Translations under genes and position numbers: made by a program
In this document: positions 40,675 through 54,467 of the stretch, piece after piece
Layout: each line of letters starts with the position of its first letter
Numbering within the stretch: position 1 is the stretch's first letter
Notes under the pieces: generated by a model
What the model was told of the DNA's origin: nothing
The model's input: only the letters and a program-made list of their open reading frames with translations
Databases searched by the model: none
DNA from: Kudoa neothunni
Taxonomy: Eukaryota; Animalia; Cnidaria
DNA: 64,000 nt
Assembly: GCA_964304625.1 (NCBI GenBank)
Contig: OZ199838.1
Location: 14,198,061-14,262,060, forward strand
Reading direction: 5' to 3'

Positions 40675-42997
40675 TCAACTTGATTTAGAATGAGAGTTAA
40701 CTGCACTTGAGGTACTGTAAGGATCGGTAGATGTTGTATTGTTGTTATTATTATTGCTATTATGTGGTTCATTATCCGGTTGGAAGCTATCATCCTCCAC
40801 TATCACTTGTTGATCAGGTGGTGTATTACATTGGTTAAAAAAATCAGCGTTAATGTTGTTTTCATCGTCACTGATATTCGCGCTGTAAGTGCTTTGAAGA
40901 GGGTTTGATGAGTAGCTACTTCTGCTAGTATTTATAAATTCGGTTGTAGTGGTGGACACATCGGCAGTATTTGGATGTGAAGATGCGGCGCCAGCCACCG
41001 AATTGGTACTGCCTGCTGTTGGTTGTGGTGGAATTAGCAGGAGTAATGGTAGAGATTGTACCAGTAGAATTTTTTAGGTTGTTATTATCAAAATTTTGCA
41101 TTTCTCCTTCCAGTGGTAAATGTTGTGGTTGATTTTGAAACAAGGAAAGTGTGTTATTAGACGGAAGAGATACCATCGAAAAAGCCACAAGGGGGCTATT
41201 AATATGGGGGTAGATGGATGTAGAAAACTGGTACTCATCGGAGTAGTTGTCATTCTTTAATGCTTTGGGAGCGGGAGGGGCTATAGCTGGCCCTACTAAG
41301 AGTTTACCCATATTTTTGGATTTGGTGCTGTTATCAGCTAAACTGGATGTGCTGACGGAGTCTTTGCTTGTAGTCGCAGAGTTTGGTGTGTAAAAGTTTA
41401 GATTTCTGCAATAGACTGAAACAATTTTTATATACCGTTTGTGGAATATTAATCGAAGCGGTTTGTAAGTACTTCTTTCTGGCTGTATCGATAACTCTAT
41501 AGTCCACATTCGGATACAAAACTTTATTGAATTCAATATTGTAGACGCAATCCATGCTCATCAAGTCATTCATTTCAATATATTTTTTGAAAAGTCATTC
41601 TGGTAATATCGCTTAAGGGTACAGTTGGAAGAGTTTCATTGGATGGGGTTTCTGTGCTGTTAAACTGAGGGCAGTACATATAAGCTTCATTAGACAAGAT
41701 TAATCGGCAAATTTTTAGTTTAAACATTTTGGCGGTTTCAAATAAGGTGACACCGCTGTTGGAGCATGTGTTGATGCAGTGAAATGGCATCCTATAGATA
41801 TGATATATAGATGGATTACGATCTGAAACAACAGAAATCGAGAATCGACCTACCTTCACATGCTTGTATCCGTGCTGTAGGATATCGGAGGTTGTCGATT
41901 TGCAATTTTTTTGTTGAAACTGAGGCAGAGCTAATTTGAGTTTTTCGAGCGACTCTCTCAGGTCAGCCCTTCTATTTTTCTCGTTCATATTATGTGCAAT
42001 TCTATCAAACAATTGATAAAATTAAGAAATCTAAACAGATAAATACCTTGAATTAGGTGACTTTCTAGGACCCCATCTCCTTTTGACTGGGCCAGAGCCG
42101 GAGCTCGTACTGGCAGGGTTGTTGCTGAAGTCGTCTCCATTATCAACTGAATAAACACAAGTCAGTCAATCATCCCACGAAACACAAAAAAAATCAATTG
42201 CAAATACATTCATCACCCAAATATGGTGTTGAATTTAACATCAGTTTGGAGCTATCATGAAATGATTCCATTTCAGAGTGGTCATTGTTGGACGACGCCA
42301 AATCAGTAGGAGAAGTGGTAGGGTTCGGTCTTGGCGTGATGGTGAATTCAACATTTGTGAACCTAGAATCGAGAAAAAGTTTTTGTTAATTTCACTCAGT
42401 AGAACAACAACTGATAAAATACATGAAATCACTGGTGGACAACGATCTATCTCGTGAGCCCTCTGTTGCTAATTTTGGATTGTTCGTTCTATTGTTGGCC
42501 ACGTTGGCATTATCCATTTCGGTATTATGGTTTTTCTGTCGAACCTAACGATAATATTATAAAAAACTAAAAAAGGAAATTATTTGTAGTACACACGTCC
42601 GTTAGAATAATCATTAAAAACTCATTAAATCACAGCAAAACACATGCAGATTAAAAAATATGATTTACAGATGTGCGAATAAAAACTATGTAGCATTGCC
42701 TCAACTTTAAAAAAAATTACCGATTCTAGTGTTAACGCCAGACAAGCGATAGGAAATAGCTGGTTGAGATATCTCTATCAGATCATTGTCTGTTTCGGAG
42801 GATGTTCGATTGAGACGTTCACGTTCGAAATTTTTTGCCGCAATATACAACGGAAGATGTTGTACTTTGGCTCCTAACACAACCACATTAATTTTTTCAA
42901 GTAATAACCATGAAAACTCACTTAAAAAATCATCGTCCAAACATTCCACCATATCGATAATATGATGAAATTGTTGGGCTTCTTGTGTCATAGGCAT
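40675..42997 (-). CDS. MXD: Mxd/Mad/Mxi-family bHLH(-Zip) repressor
   Basis: SRIAHNMNEKNRRADLRESLEKLKLALP....STTSDILQHGYKHVK closely follows Mad1 [24 protein letters not shown]..VP....HTTLSLL.KAK.HIK; N-terminal SID-like LYIAAKNFERER; long S/T/N-rich tail; exons around the zipper are ambiguous. Confidence 0.8.
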
Positions 42998-45383
42998 GTG
43001 TGGTTCACTCACAACACGGTTTCAAATTGAGTTCAAAATTCTAAATACAACGGATTATTAGATTGATGTTCACAGTGCTGCAAATTAAATCAAGTCTAAG
43101 CAAAAGTATTAATAAAATTAAGCTGTACTCGTTCACTAACAACGCCACAAAAAACTTATGATTATTAGTTGCAATAATTTTTCGAGGTAAAGCAAAAAAA
43201 TCGCAAATATCTCTCCCTGATGTACGGGTGTGCGAATGAATAGTTACTACTAATTGAAAATGGAAGTGTGGTTGATTGTCTCAAGCGATGACAACGATGA
43301 TATCAGTTGTTCAACTACGAGCTGCAAACGAGACACCTTGTAAACTGTTGTACGCAAAATCACCCACCGTTATCTAATGACGATCAAATTATTTTATGAT
43401 AACACGTTAAGCACATTAGTGGTGATTAAATAGGGAAAAGTGTCACCCACGGGTAGAATAATCTTCGATTGACCCTTCGTGCCGTTCTAACATCGCGCCA
43501 ACATACTAGTCGGTTTGGTTGGTGTGAGAGTTTGATCATTTGCTTCCCACTAAACCCATGCTTTCGGTTCAGCTTTATTATCTTGCAGAAAAATGCTCAC
43601 ATGATTACCCATTGTGAAACTAATCAATCAGTTCATGATCAGTATCTTCTTATCGGCTGTTGTAGGGGGTATTAGGCTGCATTTGAATGGCTTGAGGTAA
43701 TCATGAGATCGTTACTATGGAAATGACACCCAAAATAAACTCAAAAAATTGCGCTCCGCCCAACATCAATGATAAAAAGGGAGATAAGAAGATTTACAAA
43801 ATCCAACCGCCCACTATCATTTCACGTAAAAATGTGTCAGCATCTTATACCAACACATAATTACCACCGAAGGATTGCAACTACGCGATAGAGAGTTGAT
43901 GTGGAGTGGAGTGGTGCTAATGAGGACGCACGGTGTGCCGCCCTCGGCTCAGCTCCCTCCGACAATCGAGAGAGAACAGTTCAGCCGATCACATGCAACG
44001 CATTTAATATATTTAACAATTAATGTTAACCAAAAATTGTAGATCCTCAACACTAACATTTAATCAGCAACCTCATGTGTCAACCGTAATTTAGATGATT
44101 ATAATTATTACACCCATTAGTGCTGTGATATATGGAACGCCGACAACGACCATACTATCCCAATATAACACATCCGAAACGATAAAAAACAAAAGAATTA
44201 CTTCAACTTGAACACCAACGCCAAAAATGACCTATCCAAACTTTCACACCAATACTGTGGGAATATTGTGATCGTTTGGTATCGTGCACGGGTTGATGAA
44301 ATTGATTATAATCTGCACTGATTTCGTTTCAGTGACGAAGTAGGGAATAGGTGTACGAGTTTGCTTACGTGAATTAAACAATTTGATCCCCTTGGAGATT
44401 GCTCCAAATAAACATTTCGCGTCTTTGCATTTAATTTACCATATTAAATGCCGGAAAACAATAACTATTGAGAGGAGTGGAAGGAATCGAAGTTGAAATC
44501 TCGTGTCAATTCGACCTAAAACAGCGAACCCCCTCATTTTAATGTACATGTGTCACTGACTCTCGTTTATGTCAATCGGAACGAGACTGATCACGTTGAC
44601 TAGCTGATCTAATAATTCCATTGATTCGATATAAGACTGTTCCGGACACAACTATCATATCATTGATACGATTTTTTGAATCGATTGCAACATAGTTGTC
44701 AAATTGGGTAATGTATTGAAGTGGTGTTAGGTAACAATGTGGCTAATAACATCAGTTCCAATTGATTAATGAAAGATAGGATTGGCAATAATTTTTGATA
44801 TAACATTTAAAAATATCCATTAAGTTTATTTATTTATTAATGTATTTATTTACTTATGATCAACTAATCATCTAATAAAAAAATCTATCGATAATACCAC
44901 AAAGTATCATTTCACTACTCGATTAATGCATTAATGCTCTTGGGAGATAGCCAATTCACGATGAATCAACCCATCCAACTCCATAGGAACTAACAGTAAA
45001 CAAGCGTGATTAATAATAAATTATATTTAAAAGTATAGTTGCTAGGCGATCAGATTGTAATTATCGTGTTTAACATTATCGAACCTCTTACATTAAATAG
45101 GGTGATAGTTGACTTCTAATTGAATGGTCATGATACAAATTTTAAGAATGTAAAGATAACATTGTAGAGGGTTTCGATAGTCAAGTTACAATTGTGGTTA
45201 GTGATTAAAAGTGTGAAATACACGGACTATTGTTAAACGTGTTACGGGTGCTTTAAGACGCCTTTATGTGGAGAGCAGGTAATTGAGCATGCCTGAAAAA
45301 AATAAACAAATGGTCGTATTATTGGGAATTATTTAGACTCAATCCTATGATGGGGGGCCGCACAATAAACAAGGGATTTGGAT

Positions 45384-45420
45384 CACGTGGCCCGGACGAC
45401 GGACACGTGCCACCTATATA
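45384..45420. promoter_or_regulatory. Tandem canonical E-boxes (CACGTG x2, 20 bp apart) in a GC-rich patch
   Basis: CACGTG at 45384 and 45404 followed by TATATA, about 2.4 kb upstream of the Mxd start codon. Confidence 0.4.
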
Positions 45421-46663
45421 CCCATGCCATTTGGGGTATTACGAAAGTTGCCGAATGATTTGTAAGTGCTGAGCCTGCTCAAGTGCAGCTTCAATTCGAA
45501 TAGAATGACTATTACTAGTCAACTCATAATGTATAACCAAATAACATAAAGTTTTATTACGAGAATAGTGACTGTTTTATTAATAACTGTCTGTATAATA
45601 ATTGTTTGGCTGGATTATGGATAAAGAGAATAAAAAAATATTTTTAAAAGGAGATTTAATGTGCGCCGAGAATTTTTGGTTGGCATATTAATGAGTTTGG
45701 TGATGGTAAAACGTCAAAAAATCATGACACATATGATCAATTGGTGATGAACGACTTGTAAATGTCGTCACTAAACATGGGAAAGAGCTGCCGGTGTACA
45801 GAGTTACCGAATCGGCTTTGTTGCTAAGTAAGTCGTGAAAATCAGACTAAAATAAAATTCCTATAATAAGTTTTTCTCTAATCTATTTTATTAACCTGCT
45901 TTAAATCAAATCCAATTTAACTTTTTGCAGTTCTACGAGTTAACAATGTATCGTTATGGATAAAGCACAGCGGTAAAGTTTAATTTGCAGTAAAAATGTC
46001 GTAGAACATAATGCATAAAAATTACTTTGACCGTAGCTGGCGTCGTAGGCAACAAAATAATGCAATGACTTCAACTATCTATAGTAATCGTGTTTTGATT
46101 TCGATTTTCAAATCCAATCTCAATCAGCGTCTGTAGCAAAATATTGGGAATAGGACTAGTGACGATGGCTTTCCAACAAAAACAATGGATAATATTGTTC
46201 AACCAGAGTGCAGTTTTAGAGATTAAACGACACAGGATTCCGGTTCTAGTTGCCGAGGTGGGATTGTGGGTGAAACAGTTTATAATATCCCAACCTGGCT
46301 GAATGATATTATACCAACACCAACATCACAAATCGATATAACAGCTATAATCATTATAATTCGGAAAATAATATTTTTATGTATTATAGTGTGACTGTTA
46401 ACAAGCTGAAAAATTGAATCTTTAATAAGGTGAGCATTTATATTAGAATATTGGTGGTTGGTGGGGTATTATTTAAAAAACTATTTTCTATACCCCATAT
46501 AGTTAATCTATACATACAACACACAACATACTTCTTAAGACACAAACAATGTTATCAATTAAAGACCATTAAACCTATACCCTAATATAACTAAAGCTAT
46601 TATATTTTATTCGAAGCTGACTGACTATACACTTATGTATTCATATCACATATATTATATTGT

Positions 46664-46698
<35 letters not shown>

Positions 46699-46829
46699 GT
46701 ATGAATTGGTGAAGGTTAATCAAATCAAACAATATACCAGATGGTAGTTTGGTAATTTATAGCCAAATCAAAAGCAATAAATTCACAAACACACATACAA
46801 ATCAACTAATAATATTAATGTGATGGTTA

Positions 46830-49800
46830 TTATTGGGATAGCATTGTATAAAGGCCGTTGGATGAATCGGGCTCAACATGTTTGGCTAACCACGAGTGTT
46901 TAAGTACGTTATCAAGAGTTATCCTTTTGAGTGGGTCGTGCTGAAGAAGTTCACTAATGAGATCTTTCGCTTCACTTGATATATCCTCAGGAAATTCATA
47001 CTTCACCTAAGTGGATACGTTGGTTATTGGTACCACAAACACCCCATAATACAACCAACTACAACTATTATATAATTATAGCCAGTCTGAATCGACTATT
47101 CAGTATATTGATTGTATATTGATTATATTAGTTCGTTGTGTGATACGCCCATTCAAATATATCCACAATTGTATAGACTAATTAGTTTTGTTACAGACTA
47201 GATATGATAATTTTGACTGACATCATAATTGGGATTAACACATTAAACAAACAACCGAATTCAGAATCTAGACTAGTCATCCGATTGGCTGGAACATCAT
47301 TTTCATTTTATTATGTACTAAAATCCCAAACCAATTTTTAACCCACTCAACTAATCCGCACAGAGACCTAACTAATCCCCGTACTACACCTATAAAACCT
47401 TTATACATTACACATGGGAATTGTAGGAGGTTGTTTTGGATCATGCTGTATACATATGATTACAAATTACAGGCGAGAAAAAATTCCATTAAACTAGGAT
47501 ATCTTTAAATCGTAAATATAAAGAAACAAAATTAGTACACATTATGCAATTAATCCAATTGGTATTGCACAAGAACAAATTAAGCGTACCCATTCGGACA
47601 GGGTCCTTTTGAGAACCCAGATGAAATCGGTCTCGAAAGTAACCAATTATTAAGAAAGAAGCGTGATAATATTTTAAAGCATTTATATACATAGAAAAAA
47701 ATCGGCTATTTTCCCATAACTTCAAATGCAGATACAAGACCAAGATAAACTGATCGAGTTGGACCAATGTGATAAAATCAGCGCATTAAATTTCAACATT
47801 AAAGTTTACGAAGATGACTAAATAAATTGACATTTCATTTATTCGACTAAATTTCATAAAAAACTAATAAATAATGATTGAGCAGAGGAATATGTATGCA
47901 AAATGCTGCAGAAGTTATCGGAGTAATTCGGAAGTAAGAGATTTCGGTTGGGTGTTGGGTATGAGGTTTACTCGGAGGTTTCACAGAAATCAATCTTTGA
48001 AAAACTCTCATTTTTTAAAATAATTTTAAAACGATTAAAAAAAATTATAAGGGGAAATGTCTATGTAGTTCAGTTGCATTATTAATTATTATGCCCGCTT
48101 AAATTTTTACGAAGTTTTTTTTGTGTATTTGCAAACTTAAGGGGTAGTATAACTACGATAAGACGTTTAAAAGGAACATTTTGAGGGAACCTAAATTATT
48201 GAAACGTTTGAATATTCATATTTGCATAACTAAAGATACATAATACATTTTAATGCTTATATGCGAATAATTTGTACACATACATATCGATATCAAGGAT
48301 TAATGTGCATATGTTTCATTAACCACAATTATATACTCAATATTAATATCAATAAACATTATTCGTGATTATTTTGACGAACTATTGATAAACCCTACCG
48401 AATATTTTAATAAACTCGCAAAATAACAATCATTCTACAAATACTTTTATCAATTTGCCAATTTTCCAATATTTCAGTAATCTATATTAAGCTGTGGAAA
48501 AATTAAGGAATCCTCAAAAGATACGCAAGGATTCTTATAGTTATATCACATCAAATGAATCAACCATCATTTTATTGTCAGTAAATGCAGATTATTTAGA
48601 AAAACCAGAGACTACCAGAAAACGCGTTTGAGATTAGTTTCCAATAATCTCCTATTATGTTAAAGTGCAGGAAACTCTCAATATTGCATAAATTTTTTTG
48701 ATCAAGAAAAAGATACGCAACAGCAAGGAGTTACGCAATATCGAGGAAATTGCATGCGAATACAGTACAAATAATTGTTAAAAAATATTCATTAATTTTG
48801 TGGTTAACCCATTTTTTGACTATTTTACTTAATGATTAGCCATAAAGATGTTAACCAAAATTAACATATGTGCAAACAACATTAGAGGAGGGTGACATCA
48901 CCTCCTTCAAACTGACTATGACACGAGGCTCGAACCTTGCCCGCGACCATTCATTACATTTAATGTTTGATTATTTTGAGTTTAACCTCACACTTCTCTG
49001 ATATCGAGTCATTATCGATATTTATTTCAAAACAATTTGAAGATTAATAGGATCAATAACAAATAAATGACGCAACAGCAATAACATCAATTTTCGCACA
49101 TCTTTATACAACTAAACCATCAAAAATGAGTTTCAGACTCAATATATTATTTTCTCCCCTTATCAAAAAATATGCTAAAATCTAACGAATTACGCAGTAT
49201 CGAGAGTTTACTCTACATCTAAGATATATTTTACTATAGACAAAAATGGAGCTTTTATGAAAATTTTACAACTTCGTTGAAGAATTCCTGGATTTATTAA
49301 TAAATAAACAGTTTAATTTTAGAGTAACACGAAAAATCATGAAATTGAGGACCCATATGAATCCTGCATCGTACAAGCAGGATTAATAATCTAATCGCAA
49401 CGATATCTTATTGTACAAGAACAGTAATATTGCGATGGGAAGATTAGAATCTGAACATTCAGAATTCAGGTACACTTACAAAGTTGAGTTTTGTCGCATT
49501 TTTATCCAACGAATGGCAACAGGCTCAGAGATTTCAACTAGAAAGTCACCTTTAACACCAAACAAACAGTTTTAACCCTCTAATGGATTTGGGGTAGAAA
49601 AATACACTACATTTTTCTCTACGAATATTAAAGAAGAAATAATTTTAAGTATATATGATGAGTTTTAGGATTTTCTGTAGTCTAGATTCGACGATATAAC
49701 GCTTACAAACTGTATGCAGATCACGTGATTCTACATAAAAACAAGTTTTGGGTGATGATATTCTCCGGTGGACGTCCTTGAAATGACGGCGAAGTTATTA

Positions 49801-52800
49801 TATGGCCTAGTAGTGGAGAGAAATATGTCAAACAAAAATCTTAACCCGCCTTCATTCCAGATTCCATGGATATCTTGTAAATCAAATTCTCGCATTAAAA
49901 TATCAGGATGCGAATTATTCCCAAGAAAGTTGGTTAAACACAACGTGTGCGTGATATGAAATAAATATTGGCGTAAGAACAACTTAATAAATGTTTGTGA
50001 ACCTCGTTTATATTAAATGAACCGCATTTAATATAAACAAAATATAGGCCAAGGAGATGTGTAGACTAATATTTTAATTATAAAATCCTTAATTAGAACA
50101 ACAAACCGTCAATCAAAATCGGACTTAAAATCTAATGCGACGGTTGTTGACGAAAGTGGTATTCGTAGGATTATCGAGATTACTAACGAATATATTTACG
50201 TTGTAACACTTTATTCTTTTGTATATTCGTCAAAACTTTCAATATTTCATCTTACGAAACTTTTTTGTAACAAGTGATAAAATAGAAGCGTAGGGCATTT
50301 TTCTACCAGGGACCACCGGAATGCAGCAGTTGATTTTCGGTACATTAGAGGGTTACAAATCCAGAACATATCTGGGAATAATTTAACTATGGGAATTATC
50401 ACTTAATTATATAAGTAAATCTGATTCTGATATCTGGAGTAAAATTAAGTTTGCTTAAAAAATACATAAAAACTATTGTTCTTTTAGTTATTTTGTTATA
50501 CCACATTGAAAAGACGTAAAAACGGATTAAAATATAATTTTTTCTGACCAAATTAACGTTTCCGCCATGGAAAATTATATTTAAACAACATTAGGATATA
50601 ATGATAAAACCAATGTTTAGGTAGTAGAATTAACTATAGGAAAAATACAGGAATACAGAAATGTGGAAAAAATAAATAATTAATGTAACTTATAGTAGCC
50701 TTAACATATAATTTAAGACTTTAAGATGAAACTAATTAAAAAATACTTTGTTTACGTGTTGTCATTTTAAGATTTTCACACCTTTCTTAAACTTGATTCA
50801 GGGAGTATATTTATCAGTTAAAGATATTAACATGGTAGTGGCTATATCTCATGGAATGAATATCTCCAAAACTACTGTATATATTTTATTCATATTTTAC
50901 ATATTATCTAATAATAAATTGGCTTAATTTTCTGTAAATTTTCTGTAAATTTGTGGGGAATTTGAAGAATATGAAATTTTTCAGAAACGCAACCACACTT
51001 GGTCAACAAATAATGCAGCGTAATTACCATATATTCTTAAAAATTTCTATAATTAAACAATTCGTAATTTATTATATTGAATATAAATTTAAAAATTTCG
51101 TTTTTTTTCACACGCAATTTTGTATATTTAAATGAAATGTATGATAACTTGAACATGCGAAATAGGGGTCATAAAATTTAATGGCTATCATACGTGGAAA
51201 ATAAATTTTATACGTAATTTTAGTTTATTATTATAATTGTTTATTTTTATACTCTTAATTGTTTTCAAATGACTCCCTTTTTGCTTTCCAGTTGACATCA
51301 ATTTCGATGAACATAATATTTTAATGTTAACTTGTAATTTAGGCTATTATATGCTATTTTTAGGCCTTATAACTAATAAATAATTATTTCTTTTTAGGTT
51401 CTTAGCCATTATTTGTGTCAAGTTTTGCTTTTTTGATGGTTGTGAATCCAATAAACCAAACCGGAAACTCCTAATTTTCACTATCAGTAATTAAATCATA
51501 AAATATTTCTTATTATTTTAGTTCCATGCATACCTACAACTAAATTAAATTTTAAATATCACGTTTACCAATAAATAAACGAATGTTTTAGTAAACGATC
51601 GATAAAAACGTCAGAATAGTTCTTAATTATTTTTCCCGGTAGCATAATGGACCTTACTGACTTATCAGGAAAGTAGCCACAGAATTCAAAAGGAGTAATA
51701 ACCAAAAACATTGTAAAAAACGTTTTTTTCTTTAGCTTTTGTCCAAATATTTTAATTTAAAATTGTTTCCCTGCCAATAATGGTTGAAACATTTTTTTTA
51801 TTATCTTCCATCATAGGGCCCACATTTAAAAACTTCTGTAAAATTTGACAATTTCCACCGATTAATACGCAATTTTTTATTAAAGAAGATTATTGCTTGT
51901 GATAATCGGAATTTTAATTAATCATATTCTATTATGGTCATATAAAGATCATCGAAGGAAATGAATCGCATTTCATGTATAAACTTGCTAGAACTCATCT
52001 ATTAACACCCAACCCAATATAATACAATAGACGCTAAAATAACCTCTAGGCGAAAGAATTAATTATCTATATAGGTTAATATAATAAGAGGAATATTTTT
52101 TTTATCGAATTACTTAAGAATATATGGTACTTACGCTAGGTTATTTATTGACCAAGTGAGGTTACACTACTGAAAAATTCCATATTCTTCAAATTCCCCC
52201 AAAATTTACAGAAAATTAAGGCGAGTTAAGTGATTATTAGATAACATGTAAAATATGAATAAAATATATGCAATAGTTTTGGGGATATTCATTCGCTGAG
52301 ATATAGCCACTTACTATTAATAGTAGACAGTTAAAACTTAATAAATATTAGAATTAACTAAAAGAGTTAGTTATTAGTTTAATGAAAATGGAGTCAAATG
52401 ACCTATCCGATCGAATCCTGCACACTATGGATAATAATTATTTTTATCGATTTCTTACTGATACATTATCAAATAGTTAACACATGATCAATAATTTAAA
52501 AATAATTTCCCATCATTTACTTAAACAAATAAAAATTGAAACCAGAACACCAACTAATTAAAAATGAATAGCTTCTAAGAGGTGCCACTACCCAATGATC
52601 TAATCTTATTATCCTATGTTAAAACTTAGTCCACAATGAATAATATAATAGAAAAAAATTAATAAAAATATAAATTTTTTATTTATAAAATAATAGATGA
52701 TAATAATTTTACAAGGAATAAGTCATTATTTAGCCAATTATTAAATATTTTCCATTTCATTATAATATATTTGGTCTTCAAATTAAATATGAAATTTTCT

Positions 52801-54467
52801 CCATCAATTTTAACAGTTGCGTGTGTGATCCAAAATTTAATCGAGCTGATTCAACTATATTCCACTCAAGCACAAATTAATTTTTAATCATCATATCACA
52901 CGTCTGTGTATTATTGACAACTTAGAGATCTCTTAGAATCTATCTACTCTACATTAATTATTCCTAGCCAACCTGTAAGCTCTTAGAGACCATATATAAC
53001 GTAATGTCGTAAAGTCTATTCATTGTTTTAATTCTGTAAGGGTCATTAGACATTCCCTTGTAATTTGTGTTTATCCTCATCGTCACCTTAGTTAATTTTA
53101 TTAACCACCTTTTTAGCTTAATATTAGCGGAGATCGTAAAAGTGTATAGGCTTTTATTATAATTAAGAGTTTTAAATTATGATCTGGTGTAACATGCTCA
53201 GTGATATTCAACGTAACTTACATCTTTGATCAATTCACATGTTGTTTGGATGGATGAAGTCTCAAATGGAGGTTTTCCAACCAAAAACTCGTAACACAAT
53301 ATTCCCAAACTCCATAAATCAACCTAAAAACACATTACCTGCTGGATTAGTCTATCCGTAACAGCATCGACAATAATAGCTGTAGAGTTACCCGACTGTC
53401 ATGGGAACGACCTTCAACCATTTCTGGAGGTAAATAATCCACTGTTCCACATAAAGTGTTTCTCCTGAGAAGATAATTACAACCTAACGATGGAACATTG
53501 TTACAACTGATATTGTTTACCTTGACGATGGCGCATGCACAGACCAGCCAAAATCTGAAATCTTAAGTTCACCCTATAGACAAATAAGCAGGTCATAGTT
53601 GTAATTGTAATTGTGATTGCGGTGGTTAGATTATTTTTTGAAAGCACAATAGCGATATAGAGTTCGATTGTTAATGCGCGTTATTTTAAATTCAATATCT
53701 CAAAATGCTACCTACCCAATATCCAATCAGTATATTTTCCGGTTTAATATCACGATGGATAACATTTTTCTTGTGACAATATCTCAACGCACTTGCCAAC
53801 TGATACACATAGTTGGCGGAGGTTTTCTCATCAAATTTGCCTTTTTTCTGTAGTAACGCGTATAACTCCCCACGCGGGGCGTATTCCAACATGAGAAATA
53901 TTCTTTTTTCGTCGTAGAAAAAGCCATATAATCGTAATATGTTTTCATGCCTTTAATGATAACGAGCAGAATAATCAATTAGAAATAGATAATCTATTTA
54001 ATTCACAAAGAAAAATAATGGTTACTTTAGATGGGATTGAATTTCTATTTCACGCCTCAACTGATGTTCAACTCTACCTTTCTGAAGTTGACACTTGAAA
54101 AGGACCTAATTATCCAAAATTATACTAGTATTTTGATTCTGGTGTTCGATATACTTTTAATGCAATTATGAATCCACTCGATTTCTCTTTGGCCAAATAC
54201 ACATTTCCAAATTTACCTTTACCTAATGGCCTTCCTATTTCAAAATCGGAAAGTCTCCATGTTCGATATCTATACAAAAAAACAATAAATATATAAGGGT
54301 GGGGAAATTTTTTACTTTGACTTTGGAATGTTGTTAGTTGATGTGGTTGTTGTGAGATTTTCTGTATTCTATGATGAATATTTGTTAATCAATGTCAACT
54401 TTTGAGGTTGATAATAAGTTGGCGGATTTATGATTTATACGTTGGTTTGCTGCTGCGACTGCTCCAT
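46830..54467 (-). CDS. AURK: Aurora kinase
   Basis: [76 protein letters not shown]; last exon 47006-46830 ([26 protein letters not shown]) follows a 6.2-kb intron. Confidence 0.95.
49576..50352. mobile_element. piggyBac-type non-autonomous element in the Aurora intron
   Basis: TTAA|CCCTCTAATG ... CATTAGAGGG|TTAC; same terminus as at 20826-20837. Confidence 0.7.
50834..52314. mobile_element. Long-TIR (foldback/MULE-like) non-autonomous element in the Aurora intron
   Basis: About 150-bp inverted repeats (50834-50984 vs 52170-52314) beginning GGTAGTGGCTATATCTCA; possible decayed 9-bp TSD tattaacat / tattaatag. Confidence 0.75.

Noticed and set aside
41400-41853. Claim that the Mxd protein has lost its leucine zipper
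   Set aside because: Several alternative small exons are possible after helix 2; the structure cannot be resolved without transcripts
42433-42544. Alternative genetic code or stop read-through in an Mxd exon
   Set aside because: The stops occur only in the wrong frame; frame 0 is open and joins the next exon via a donor at 42422. Other genes end in TAA, TAG or TGA normally
47480-49560. Possible nested gene or further transposase/integrase fragments in the Aurora intron
   Set aside because: Only short stop-ridden stretches with weak resemblance to TE proteins; no family can be assigned by eye
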